A stretch of DNA of 64,000 nucleotides. Source: Macrostomum lignano. Its lineage: Eukaryota. The number at the start of each line of letters is the position of its first letter. Positions within the stretch are counted from its first letter, which is position 1. Below, piece after piece: positions 52,901 through 64,000 of the stretch. A model generated the notes under the pieces. The model was given only the letters and a program-made list of their open reading frames with translations. It was not told where the DNA came from and did not search any database. The translations under genes and the position numbers were made by a program. The stretch spans positions 62,001 to 126,000 of the forward strand of contig NIVC01000597.1 of assembly GCA_002269645.1 (NCBI GenBank), written 5' to 3'.

Positions 52901-53970
52901 CTCGGACACCGAGGACGAGCAGAGTCCCTACAAACGCGCCGCCACAACCGCTGTAGCAGCCAAGGGCCAGCAGCAGCAGGCGGCGCTCAGCAAGCAGCAG
53001 CGCTGCCGCTACTGGCCAGCCTGCAAGTCCGGCCAGGCCTGCCCCTACTGGCACCCAACCGAGCCGTGCAAAGCTTTTCCTAATTGTAAATTCGGCAACG
53101 CCTGCCTCTACGTGCATCCGCCCTGCCGATACCAGGCGATGTGCGCCAACCCGGTGTGCCCCTTCACCCATGGTGGCAGGCCGGCCCAGCAACCCGCCAC
53201 CGCAGTGACCGGCCGGCCCGCCGCCGCCGCCCAAGTGAAATGTCGATTTTATCCCAATTGCAACAACGTGTCCTGCCCGTTCTATCATCCGACTACTATG
53301 TGCCGCTACGGCCTGGCTTGTACCAATCAGCAGACCTGTCTGTTTAGCCACCCCAGCGCGCCTAGCCGTAATAAACTAGTCTGGACTAAACAGGCTCAGT
53401 CTGCTGCTCCCGCCGCTGCTCAGGGGTGAGTTGCCACTACTACTACTAATACAACCAACTACTACTACTACTATTACTACTGCTACTACTATTACTACTG
53501 CTACTACTATTACTACTACTACTACTATTACTATTACTACTACAACTACTACTACCACTACTACCAACTACTTACTACTACTATTACTACTACTACTACT
53601 ACCAACTACTACTACTACTACTACTACTACCTACTACTGCTACTACTACTACTACTCATGGGTGAACAGGTTTATTTTTTCGATGAAATTTGACTTGTGT
53701 TTATTTATCACATTAAGAATCAGAAGTAATGAAGTGAAGTGAATACGTATATGAAGTGATGCTAAGATGAATTTAAGTGTAGAAACAATTCTTTCATATC
53801 TCAAGGCTGATCCCAAATCAATTTCCAATTCTGTCAGGTCGGCAGGCCAGGCCGACGCCAGCTCCAACGACAAGGCCGTGCCCGCTACCGCCGCCGCCGC
53901 CGCCGCCGCGGAATCGTTGACCACCGCAGCTGCAAAGTCATCGTCCGGCGGCGTTATCAAGCTGCGCTAA
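43922..53970 (+). CDS. ZC3H14: Zinc finger CCCH poly(A)-RNA-binding protein (Nab2/ZC3H14). Exons 43922-43957, 48137-48904, 49023-49941, 52900-53425, 53838-53970
   Basis: MELSGKLQNKIR|AAIKSKLTELGAYVDDELPDYIMVMVAN PWI-like domain; NMLMQAMSQAE motif; five CCCH fingers (RCRYWPACKSGQACPYWHP, PCKAFPNCKFGNACLYVHP, etc.). Splice phases 0/0/1/2 are consistent. Confidence 0.93.
44300..46870. mobile_element. Old AT-rich foldback (inverted-repeat) element with ~250-bp arms, split at its apex by a younger insertion
   Basis: TATAGAAGTGGAT (44324) pairs with ATCCACTTCTATA (46831); TATGGCAAAATCAT pairs with ATGATTTTGCCATA; TAGTATAAATTC pairs with GAATTCATACTA. Confidence 0.75.
44573..46624. mobile_element. 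2052-bp non-autonomous TIR DNA transposon, 8-bp TSD TTAACAAT, GG...CC termini (Merlin- or MuDR-like)
   Basis: TIR GGTCCCTGGACATTTCGGTGACA versus GGTCCCTAGACATTTCAGTGACA; subterminal TTTCGGTGACA repeats; TTAACAAT at 44565-44572 and 46625-46632; no transposase ORF seen. Confidence 0.88.
49965..51158. repeat. 33-bp minisatellite (GTACCGGTGATGGGGTAGTAGCATCCCACCTGA) in ZC3H14 intron 3
   Basis: About 36 copies starting ~25 bp after the donor site. Confidence 0.96.
51830..52670. repeat. Degenerate ~21-22 bp minisatellite (TTTTCTAGGGATTTCCCTGATGG)
   Basis: Tandem units with many substitutions. Confidence 0.9.
53435..53657. repeat. (ACT)n microsatellite in ZC3H14 intron 4
   Basis: Trinucleotide run with ATT/ACC variants. 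Confidence 0.95.
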
Positions 53971-55576
53971 AAGCTCGAGTGCGGCCAGTGTCATCATTTT
54001 TATATTGTTTGTATCAATATCTAGTTTCACTAAATAATCGAAAGAAGCTGAAAAAGACCCCTTTCTTAATAATATAAAATCGCTCTACAGAACGCAAAAC
54101 CTGCAGCACGCCTAGTGGTTTGTTTGCCCGTTTAATGCGTGTGTTGCCGGTGTCCACTTTAGCAAATTGTGCTATTTTAGCATAGTGAATAAGTTCCAGG
54201 GGATGCCTGGTTCTGTTTTTTTGGCACCTTAAGCAACTTTAATGACTACTTGTTCTGAATATTAATAAATAAACGCGCAAATTTCAATTTTCAATCCATA
54301 CCGTGCAAGTCAATTTAATCAACTGCTAAGCTAAATGTAGATTGTCGGCTCCTAATAATTTACTTGTCCGTTATTGTTAATATTTTAATTGACTATTTGA
54401 AACTATGTTTTTGAGTTTGTCTTTTTTTACCTAGCTTAGAAAAGCTTTCGAAAACGAGAAAATCTCTCGAGTAATGTTCTCAAGTACAGTGCAGTACATG
54501 CAAAGGTATAAAGTTACATAACCTCATTTCGCCATAATGTGTGCTTCGCGAAGCCAACGATTCATTCGAATATGAGTAATTGCAAGCAAATATGGATTAC
54601 TTAAGATCAATCAGTTTTAATAATTACTGTTCAATAAACAAACTGACATGATTAAAGAGAAAAATAATAACGTAAATTCCTTTCAAAAAATTGACAAGTA
54701 CACCAGCTGTTAAATCTTATGACGTGATGTTCCAGATCTGTAGCAAAAATTTAGAAGTGGGTAGTTGCGAATATGCAATCACGTGCTGATCTGTCTTACT
54801 CTGCGTTCTTCACATCATCGCAAGCGGACTTGGCACCGATGTTACTGAGAAGATAACCAACACTCCAACAGTATCTGCCGTAAATTCTACGGCCGAAGCA
54901 TTTTAGTTAGAAATAAATTGAGCCGTTCATGCTAAAAATCTATCGCATATGGAAATCGATTGCATACATGTATATACAAATCATTTTTACTATATTAGGT
55001 TTTATCAATAATAAATTAACTGCACAAATTTATATAAAGCATTCAGACAAGCAAGTAAAGAAGTTTTGCATTGCCTTTATTATGTAACTCCGGACGATCT
55101 GCGTTAATTTTTTGATCAGTCATTAAAACAAAGCCTTAAATGACTAACTATTAAGAATCCATACTTATTCGTTTAACTTAGTAAAATACGCTGAAGAGCT
55201 CTGTGTGATAGTTCCTAATAATTATAATGTCTTTTCTAAAATCACGAAAAAATAGATTGCAATCTTTTATAAGTCACGCTTTAGCTGGTTCGTTAAGATT
55301 GGCTACGATAAAAATACTCTAATTTTGGCAGGATTTTTTATTACAGGTCACAGATTTTTAACGCACTTGAAGTTACATTCAATGTTTTTATTCTTAGCAA
55401 AGCCATGAATACAGAATTTCAAAGATAACATTTAACCTATAGTAACTATGCATTACAAATATTTGATTTCCTGTGGATCAAGAGAAATAACTTTTATCTT
55501 AGTTATTTAAAATTAATAAGCATGTAGAACTTTCACGTCTTATCAAGTACTAATTGGGTGGTCCAAGCAACAGAAC

Positions 55577-55902
55577 ATGGACAGCCCATCGGTTGAGCAG
55601 GAATGCATACTTGCGAACTCAAATAACTTGGACTTTAAGCATGAACCCAATAATCTGCAAGACAAGCCAGCTAGTTTTGATCAGAAAAATGAAGTTTCAA
55701 TAGAATTTCAACGCTGGAACTTTTTTATTGACAAATGCTTTTCTGATAATGCACAAAAAGTTGTACAGAACTTTCTTGATATTTACTCAGACTATGTTGA
55801 GCAACTATCGACAATTCATGAAAGAATGCTTTTATTGAAGAACAGAGTTTCTGCACTGGACTGCGATTTCGAGGAGATCGATGCCCTGAACTTGCTTGGT
55901 AG
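55577..55902 (+). CDS. Candidate coding exon of an uncharacterised, helical/coiled-coil protein
   Basis: ATG-initiated ORF in AT-rich DNA with heptad-like LSTIHERMLLLKNRVSALD, ending at a G|GTAG|GTATT donor. Confidence 0.45.
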
Positions 55903-57464
55903 GTATTCTTTGCTCTTTGGCTTTGTATTTTTTCATGTTTAGTCATACAAACTGTATTAATACATAAAAATTCAAACAAATACTTTTAAGGTTGTCTATA
56001 GCAACATAAAGCTTAAAAATTAATAAATAAAATAAATTCACACAAAGGTGCCTATCTTCGATTTTTTATTTACAATATATTGCTTGAAGCCACAGCAAGT
56101 GAATTTTTTGATAAAATATAAATTAGTATTGAACAAGTTGGAAACTACATATGATTGACATATGACTGATTGTAAAATTTTCTGGACAACCTGTAAAACT
56201 GTAAATGGATTTTTTTATTGGTGTACCTGGCTTCAACCATCTCATAACTTCTAATTTCCTATGTATTTACACCATTTTTTCTTTTCTTATTCTTATTTGT
56301 TATTCTTTAATTCGTTGATATTCAAGTTTGAAAAAAAATAATTTTAAATTAATTTTCATAGATGACACCTAGGGAGCCTATTCAAATCCTACTACTACTA
56401 GAATGATTAATTCCCACCTATGAATCAGATTTCAATATACAATATATTGAACAAGTTGATGTTGCTCAGGTTGCAGCTGACTCACTCATTGACCGACAGA
56501 AAAAATACAATGCGCGGCTTACTACATGGATTAGCTCTGCAAGCAAAAATTATGAATTATGATGCATGTTGCAGCGGTCAGGCTACAGGCGCATGACAAG
56601 CGATACCCCATTGTCAAGTTCTGCTCCCGCAGCCATGCTACTAATCAGGGGTGTTATAGCCTTTTGATTATTCCCTCATTCCCTGCGTCAGGCAGGCTAT
56701 ATTGTGTATCCCGATCCCACATCTTAGCAGGAATTTATCTCCCCCATCTGTGACTCCTGCCCTTGACTCCTGGCTGGCTTCTCCCTCTAACTGAGCTTAG
56801 TTAGTGTAGCTATGCCGCCTTTCATTCCATTATGAGTCACTGCGCTGCCAGGACCCCAGCAGCTGCCCCCTACCCTCCCCCTCACCCTCGTCTTTGTTTG
56901 TCCCCCAAAAAAGCCGCACGGCTGCCTCGGTCGCCACTTTGCAAGAGTCGAACGAAGTTAAGTTTAGACACCGCTGTTTTTTTATGGGATTCAGATAGTA
57001 GCTATTGAGTATAGCATTGATCCTATCAGCTTTAGTTGGGAATATGATTAGTCACGAGTTAATAGCCTGCTACTACATCTATAAGTGTATTTCGCCAGCA
57101 AAATGGCTTGAGAGCATTGAGCAGATTATTGGCGCAGCAGGGTGCCATTGTCAATCATTATCCTAGCATCGGCACAATAGCTTGTTAGCAAATGTGAGGA
57201 GAGTGAGTAAGCGATCGCACTCTATTAATAGAATTAGTCATTGTTTGGCACTGTCTGCGACTGCAGCTACTTGTCCACGGTGCGGGTCTTTATTCTCTCT
57301 CTCTCCTCAAGTTTTTTTGGAACTAAGAGTGAATTCTCTGCATAGGAAAGTAGTTTCAGATTTTGATTGCATTTGCCAGAGAAATGGACTTCGTAAATGT
57401 TGCTAGCACGCGAACTCGCGAAGTAATTAAGATTTAGTATACTCCTTCACCCTCGATGTATAGA

Positions 57465-59005
57465 TTAGCAGTCCACTATTATTAGTATTATCCCTCATCC
57501 TCGAATACTAGATTAGCAATCCACTATTAGTATTATCCCTCATCCTCGAATACTAGATTAGCAATCCACTATTAGTATTATCCCTCATCCTCGAATACTA
57601 GATTAGCAATCCACTATTAGTATTATCCCTCATCCTCGAATACTAGATTAGCAATCCACTATTAGTATTATCCCTCATCCTCGAATACTAGATTAGCAAT
57701 CCACTATTAGTATTATCCCTCATCCTCGAATACTAGATTAGCAATCCACTATTAGTATTATCCCTCATCCTCTAATGCTAGATTAGCAATCCACTATTAG
57801 TATTATCCCTCATCCTCGAATACTAGATTAGCAATCCACTATTAGTATTATCCCTCATCCTCGAATACTAGATTAGCAATCCACTATTAGTATTATCCCT
57901 CATCCTCTAATGCTAGATTAGCAATCCACTATTAGTATTATCCCTCATCCTCTAATGCTAGATTAGCAATCCACTATTAGTATTATCCCTCATCCTCTAA
58001 TGCTAGATTAGCAATCCACTATTAGTATTATCCCTCATCCTCTAATGCTAGATTAGCAATCCACTATTAGTATTATCCCTCATCCTCTAATGCTAGATTA
58101 GCAATCCACTATTAGCATGGTCCTTGATCTTTGAACGCTCTATCAAACATGTTGGAATTCCTGCCGTCTTTCAATCCGAACCATCAAAAGAAGGCACTGT
58201 GTTGCTTCTTGTGCCTCCTCTGTCTTCATCAGAATGTCTGACAGCAAAGCGACAGAGGAACACTAAATTCTATTAAGACAAATCCACTCGAATGATCCCA
58301 TGGGAAATCAATAGCCGGTTTTCTTGGGGGGCCACAAGCAATCAGCGGTATTGTTTTACAACTCCAGGAGTACTAGCATAGCTCTAAAGTTAGAGTTTGA
58401 GTTTCTGTACATGCAGGCAGACTATTTTATTATTGATTATTGATTTGTGTTCGTTGCGCTGCCTTCTGTACGACATGCACTATACTGTTACCAAATCGAT
58501 GTGGTTAAAGCCGAGTGTTCATGTAGATATAACTTTGTTTTACTGGGACTAGAACTCTGCATATCCACGAGAGCTAGATTAGATTACCAGTCCATTATTA
58601 GTGTAATCAACCAACGACGAAGGCTAGATTAGCAATCCACTATTAGTGTAATCATCAAACGATGAAGGCTAGATTAGCAAGCCACAATTAGTATATCAGT
58701 CAATCAATGAAGGCTAGATTAGCAATCCATTATTTGTATAATAATCAATAGATGAAGGCTAGATTAGCAATCCACTATTAGTATAATAATTAATCTATGA
58801 CGGCTAGATTAGAAATCCACTATTAGTATAATCAGTAATCGATGAAGGCTAGATTAGCAATCCATTATTTGTATAATAATCAATAGATGAAGGCTAGATT
58901 AGCAATCCACTATTAGTATAATAATTAATCTATGACGGCTAGATTAGAAATCCACTATTAGTATAATCAGTAATCGATGAAGGCTAGATTAGCAATCCAC
59001 TATTA
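57465..59005. repeat. Two related ~45-bp minisatellite arrays (57465-58115 and ~58570-59005) sharing TAGATTAGCAATCCACTATTAGT
   Basis: The left array is homogeneous (about 14 copies); the right array is diverged with different unit tails. Confidence 0.92.
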
Positions 59006-59053
59006 TTTGCAATCGATGGTGCCCCTGTCTGCGAACTTGCATTTGAGGTTAAA

Positions 59054-59416
59054 ATGTTCCACTTTGCAGACATCCCGCCTCTTCGAGCGAAGCCCAAAGC
59101 AGACTCTGCCGCCGCAGACGGAACCACCGCGCCCGCCTCGGCCGTGACCTTCAATGTCCTCAGTCCAGAAACCCGGCCTCAGCTGATCCGCTGCCGCTAC
59201 GAGGCGGCCTCCGAATCAGTCGCGGCAGCCCGCGACGCGGCTGCAACAAAGTTGGCCCGTCAGCTGATTGAGGAGGGCCGAGCTCCGAGTCCGGGCAGCC
59301 TGTTCTTCCCGGCCAAGGAGGAGGCCGGTCTTGAAGAGCAACAGCAGCAGAAGCCGCTGCTTCGCTCGGTTTCAACACCGCCTGCTGCGTCTTCCGGTGG
59401 CGCCGCCTCTATTGTG
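59054..59416 (+). CDS. Candidate coding exon, Ala/Pro/Ser-rich, uncharacterised
   Basis: GC-rich open frame in the host codon style, ending at a GTG|gtgagt donor. Confidence 0.5.
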
Positions 59417-59514
59417 GTGAGTTTTTTGGGTCCAAGAGGGGTTTCCCGCACTGGGGATTTCCCGCAACGACTGCTTCCCCCAAAAATATTATCAATGTTA
59501 GGCTTAGGGTTTTT

Positions 59515-59995
59515 ATCGAGCGAGGATTTCCCTGCAGCGAGGATTTCCCTCCAACGAGGATTTCCTATCAGCGAGGATTTCCCTTTAGCGAGGATTTCCC
59601 TCTAGCGAGGATTTCCCTCCAACGAGGATTTTCTATCAGTGAGGATTTCCCTCCAACGAGGATTTCCTATCAGTGAGGATTTCCCTCCAACGAGGATTTC
59701 CTATCAGCAAGGATTTCCCATCAGCAAGGATTTCCTATCAGCGAGGATTTCCCTCCAGTGAGGATTTCCCTCCAGCGAGGATTTCCCCCAAGCGTAAATT
59801 TCCCTCCATCCAGCGAGGATTTCCCCCAAGCGTAAATTTCCCTTCATCCAGCGAGGATTTCCCCCAAGCGTAAATTTCCCTCCATCCAGCGAGGATTTCC
59901 CCCAAGCGAGGATTTCCCCCAGCGTGGATTTCCCTCAAGCGAAGATTTCCCACAAGCGAGAATCCCATTACCGAAGGATCCTCACTAGCGAGGAT
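59515..59995. repeat. ~19-20 bp minisatellite (AGCGAGGATTTCCC core)
   Basis: Variable tandem units. Confidence 0.9.
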
Positions 59996-60853
59996 CCAGC
60001 GACAGAACTTTTCCCATGAGGCCTCCACTATTAAATATTTTTCACTTACCGCATAATGCAAATATTCACTAACCGCCTGTGCTAGATGCTTCTGTCCTTA
60101 TTGCAATGCTCCTGTTAAAGCTAATTTGTATGCCGGTCCGACCCGTGGAAATTGAAAAAATTCCAACTGCCAAATGGCAAAAAAATTCGTCAAAAATGTA
60201 AATTCAAACTTTGAAAAACCTTAGAGCAGAAGTGAACTCAGAATTTTCTGCATCTGAGTCATCTCAAATCCTGAGCTTAGCCAGTTTCCGGGCGGGGGCC
60301 TTCATCACAGTCCGCTGAGCATTGGAGCCTACAGAGTCCCAACCGGCACTGCATGCCGGGGGTAAATCCCAGCGCTCCCTTACTCCACCCTATATCAAAC
60401 TTATCTACTCCGGGGTAAAAGGGTTGTAAATATAAAATTGGCTACTGCTGTACTAGCGGTGCATATTACCTCCCACCGCCCCTCTCTCCCCCCTCCCTCT
60501 CTCTCCCCAGTGTCTCTGTGTGTATCTGTGCCGCCAATAGGTTTTTATATTATCGCTATGATAAATTGCCTTCAGGGCTGGCCATTTCCCAGTATAAGCT
60601 GAGCTTGCAGTGTAGCTGCTCACCCCCCGCTGCACTGCTCACTACAGTCGCGTCCTCCCCGGCTGCCTTCTCCCAATCCTGAAGCCCTGTCAGCACCTAA
60701 CTGAAGCCAACCGAAAACCATACCCGATCCCCCATTGTCCCGCGTCCCCAGCTCTTCACAGCCTACTCTTCTCTCCCCTTATCCCAAAGCGAAGCCGTCG
60801 CCGCTATCCGCGGACACCCCCAGTCTGTCCCCAGGCAACCGTTTTTGACTATC

Positions 60854-60861
60854 TATATAAA
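60854..60861 (+). promoter_or_regulatory. Candidate TATA box (TATATAAA) upstream of a probable non-coding exon ending at the AG|gtaaga donor at 61090
   Basis: Motif plus downstream donor, intronic 21-bp array and tttcag acceptor at 61402. Position only; no expression data. Confidence 0.3.
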
Positions 60862-61124
60862 GCATTAGGAATTGGCATGCTGCTCTCAGGTTTGCCAAGC
60901 CCCCCTCCCCTTGTTTCCGCTGCAGAGCTTGTGGCCACTTCTCTTAGTGAGTGAGTGAGTGAGTTGTGCGCTGCTAACTGCTACTCCAGTTCACTCAAGT
61001 TCAAAGCGAATTCAACGATCTCTTCTCAGCATTGTTTTTGTTTTTTTGCAAGTCGTTTCTAGTAAAAGTCGTTATTTACTAGAATAAAGGTAAGACTATT
61101 CTTCCTGCGTTCTTGCAATTTCAG

Positions 61125-61345
61125 GGTCACGCTTTCGCTTCAGGATTGCTAATCCTCACTTCATCAGGATCGCTAATCCCCAATTCAGGATCGCTAATCC
61201 TCACTCCAGGATCACTAATCCCCAATTCAGGATCGCTAATCCTCACTTCAGGATCACTAATCCTCACTTCAGGATCGCTAATCCCTAATTCAGGATCGCT
61301 AATCCTCACTCCAGGATCGCAAATTTTTACTTCAGGATAGCTAAT
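61125..61345. repeat. 21-bp minisatellite (CAGGATCGCTAATCCTCACTT)
   Basis: About 10 copies; the unit contains an AGGAT/ATCCT inverted repeat. Confidence 0.9.
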
Positions 61346-61427
61346 TTCAACTTCAGAAGTCCGATTTTGTCAAAATTTCAATTATTCATTTATTTATTTC
61401 AGTTATCAAATTCGCGTGAAAATTAAC

Positions 61428-63107
61428 ATGACCAGCCTCCCAAAAAATCCTACTCGCTTCATCTCGCTTCCTGCCTCTCCTGCCCCCCGGACACTGCAGA
61501 GCCGCCGCCTATCCAGACTCTTTAGCTCTCCATCGAGCTCCGCCAAGCCGCCGCAGCCGCCAGCCCGGCCCCGCTCCGCCGACGCCGGCAATTTCGGCAC
61601 CCGCCGACGATGGGCCGACAGCGCTGCCGCTGCCGGCACGTCGCCATCGTCAACGACAAGCATCAACGTGGCCAGCAGCTCAACCGCGTCAGCCGCCTCT
61701 GAGCTGCCTCTGAAGCCGCGGGCGGTGAAAAATCGAATCTACCGCCTGGCCCTGACCAGATCCCGCTCCATCACCGCTCCAGACTCCGACTCCACTGACA
61801 AGCACCGCCAACTCGATCGAAAAGCAGAACAAAAAGAAGAAATCCTCGCCGTTAATCTTCGTCGAGACGTCAGCAAGTCGAGTCCGGCGGTTTCGTCAGC
61901 GTCAACGACAGCCGGCAGCGACATGCAGCAGCCGCCGCCGAACCTAGACGACGATCCCAACTACGCATCGTTAAGTGACTTCGCAGTCGTCGAGCCGGCG
62001 GCGCCTGTAGCATCCGCCAGCAGCTCGTCGAAGAACATCGGGCTGCGCCAGCGAGCCAAGAATTTCCTGCTGCAGCGGCGGCGCCGATCCGCTTCCACCG
62101 CCGGCGGACCGGCAGCGACGTCGGCGGCGCGGTCTCGACGCGGCGGCGTCGATGAGCAGGTCGTGGCGCCAGGCGTCACCCGACGGCACAACAGCGATGA
62201 CTGCGTCCTGCAGGAGGACGCGGTGTCGCCCCGTCAGCAGCAGCAGCAGCAACTGATGCAATCCTCTTTAATTTCTTTAAAAAAGAGACTCAGTCGATCT
62301 TTGAGCTTCTTTGCTGCCTCGTCGAGCAATCGGGAAGCAGAAGAAGCCGTGCAGCAGCGACAGCCGGCGCTGCCGCCTCCCCCGCCGCCGCCACAGCCTC
62401 CCCCGCCGGTTCCGCCGCAAAGGTTGCTCTCGTCGATGTCGCCAGACGAGCAGCTGATTGACAACCTGGCCGGCCTCGCCGAGCTCGTCCAATCGCGTCG
62501 CTGGTCCCTGCGTCAGCTCGGCGATCATCTGGCCGCTTCGTCGGCAACCACCGGCGGAATCCCGTTGGACAGAGTCCGCCTGTGGCTGCAGCAGCGGGGT
62601 CCAACCGCCTGCTCCTCGGTCGGCTGTGCCGCCAAATCCACTTGGCGACACTCGGCGACTTCGTCGACGGCAGCCGATTCGCCTTCGCAGGCGTCGGGTC
62701 TGGAGCTTCGTCAACCGGTTGAACTGTCGGCCGAGGACCAAGCCAAGCTGGACCAGATGCTGCACCAGCTGGCCAGCGGCGCGTCCGTCACTCTCAGGCG
62801 GAGCTGTCGGCGTCGTGGTTGCCAAGACTCGGACGCCATGGCAACAAGCGAATGCTCTTCCTCATCCACCGTTGCTGCCGCCGCTGCATCCGCCGCCTCT
62901 GCCACCTCCGTTGTCCCCGCGAACCTGACGGCGCTTGGCTGCGCTCGCCGGCAACAGTCGGCGACAAGTCGCGAGGCTCGAGAGCTTCGACTGCATCAGC
63001 GACTGTCCAGCGGTGAGGATGAGACCCGATTCCCCCTGTTTCAAATGTCCTTTTACTGCTTTTCTCCCGTGCCCCCATTCTTGGCGGCCAGGAATGCAGA
63101 TCATTAG
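61428..63107 (+). CDS. Large low-complexity Ser/Ala/Pro/Gln-rich ORF (~560 aa), likely intrinsically disordered
   Basis: 1.68-kb open frame in the host GC-rich codon style; ATG at 61428 after an acceptor at 61402; poly-Pro LPPPPPPPQPPPPVPP and NYASL motifs; no recognisable folded domain. Confidence 0.65.
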   Translation: MTSLPKNPTRFISLPASPAPRTLQSRRLSRLFSSPSSSAKPPQPPARPRSADAGNFGTRRRWADSAAAAGTSPSSTTSINVASSSTASAASELPLKPRAVKNRIYRLALTRSRSITAPDSDSTDKHRQLDRKAEQKEEILAVNLRRDVSKSSPAVSSASTTAGSDMQQPPPNLDDDPNYASLSDFAVVEPAAPVASASSSSKNIGLRQRAKNFLLQRRRRSASTAGGPAATSAARSRRGGVDEQVVAPGVTRRHNSDDCVLQEDAVSPRQQQQQQLMQSSLISLKKRLSRSLSFFAASSSNREAEEAVQQRQPALPPPPPPPQPPPPVPPQRLLSSMSPDEQLIDNLAGLAELVQSRRWSLRQLGDHLAASSATTGGIPLDRVRLWLQQRGPTACSSVGCAAKSTWRHSATSSTAADSPSQASGLELRQPVELSAEDQAKLDQMLHQLASGASVTLRRSCRRRGCQDSDAMATSECSSSSTVAAAAASAASATSVVPANLTALGCARRQQSATSREARELRLHQRLSSGEDETRFPLFQMSFYCFSPVPPFLAARNADH

Positions 63108-63542
63108 CGAAGCCTGGGATACAGAAACACTGTGTTTTCGCGGGCTGTTGGAGAGAGGCGAAATAGCTACTGACATCCTGGCAGTTGTCCGCAGCGTCAG
63201 GCATTGCAGGAGAGGCTGAATGAGAACCGCGCCCTGCATGCGTGCGCTACAGTCACTGCTTTCTGTTTATTTAGTGCAGTGCCAGCATGATCCCCCACTG
63301 GATCGAGGCTTGTATTTTCTCCCCTCCTCCCCCCCCCCCCCAACCAAACAATTCTCCTATGGGACAAGACATCTGTTAATTGCTGCAAAAATGCTTATCT
63401 TTGATTGACATGTTTTAAACTTATTTGCTGTATTGCTGAAGTGCTGCTGCTGGCTTATCTAATGTGAACTATCTAATGTGAACTCAGAATCAGTCAGTCC
63501 TCTTTCTCTATGATTTTTTAGTTCGCACATCTCTCTCTTAAC

Positions 63543-64000
63543 TATGTCTCACCCTCTCTGACTGTCTGTCTCTCCCCTCTCTGACTGTCTGTCTCACCCT
63601 CTCTGACTGTCTGTCTCTCCCCTCTCTGACTGTCTGTCTCACCCTCTCTGACTGTCTGTCTCTCCCCTCTCTGACTGTCTGTCTCACCCTCTCTGACTGT
63701 CTGTCTCTCCCCTCTCTGACTGTCTGTCTCACCCTCTCTGACTGTCTGTCTCTCCCCTCTCTGACTGTCTGTCTCACCCTCTCTGACTGTCTGTCTCTCC
63801 CCTCTCTGACTGTCTGTCTCACCCTCTCTGATTATCTGTCTCTCCCTCTCTGATTATCTGTTTCTCCCCTCTCTGACTGTCTGTCTCTCCCCTCTCTGAC
63901 TGTCTGTCTCACCCTCTCTGACTGTCTGTCTCACCCTCTCTGACTGTCTGTCTCTCCCCTCTCTGACTGTCTGTCTCACCCTCTCTGACTGTCTGTCTCT
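63543..64000. repeat. CT-rich ~22-23 bp minisatellite (CTCTCTGACTGTCTGTCTC[A/TC]CC), truncated by window end
   Basis: Alternating two-unit tandem array. Confidence 0.95.

Noticed and set aside
57465-58115. CRISPR-like regular repeats (also 27320-28835 and 40805-41610)
   Set aside because: The units are contiguous with no unique spacers, no cas genes are present, and the context is eukaryotic.

Overview
Eukaryotic (metazoan) genomic DNA, not prokaryotic. GC-rich exons with poly-Ala/Gln/Gly tracts sit in AT-rich, repeat-laden introns; this style resembles a free-living flatworm such as Macrostomum, which is an inference only. Three genes are confidently recognisable with GT-AG exon chains that keep frame: PSMC5/Rpt6 (minus, 6124-9393, first ATG not found), mitochondrial glycerol-3-phosphate dehydrogenase GPD2 with EF-hands (minus, 32520-42076, 7 exons) and ZC3H14/Nab2 (plus, 43922-53970, 5 exons). 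There is also the 3' half of a CAMK-group Ser/Thr kinase (3161-4251) and several uncharacterised ORFs. About half the window is mini- or microsatellite, and most long ORFs in the supplied track are artefacts of these arrays. Mobile elements include a CORE-type tRNA SINE, a TA-flanked foldback MITE, a 3.8-kb TIR element with 7-bp TSD, a mariner/maT chimera, two 5'-truncated LINE pieces, Helitron-like elements and a 2-kb TIR element with 8-bp TSD. Best leads: (1) the 3.8-kb element's degraded transposase-like ORF ends in a Spindlin (Spin/Ssty) Tudor-like module; (2) two unrelated TIR elements both sit in the loop of a pre-existing DNA palindrome; (3) PSMC5 has no start codon but a phase-0 acceptor that would fit a flatworm spliced-leader AUG; (4) the Helitron-like elements show stacked 3' ends and a head-to-tail junction. 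All family assignments are by eye; no searches were run.
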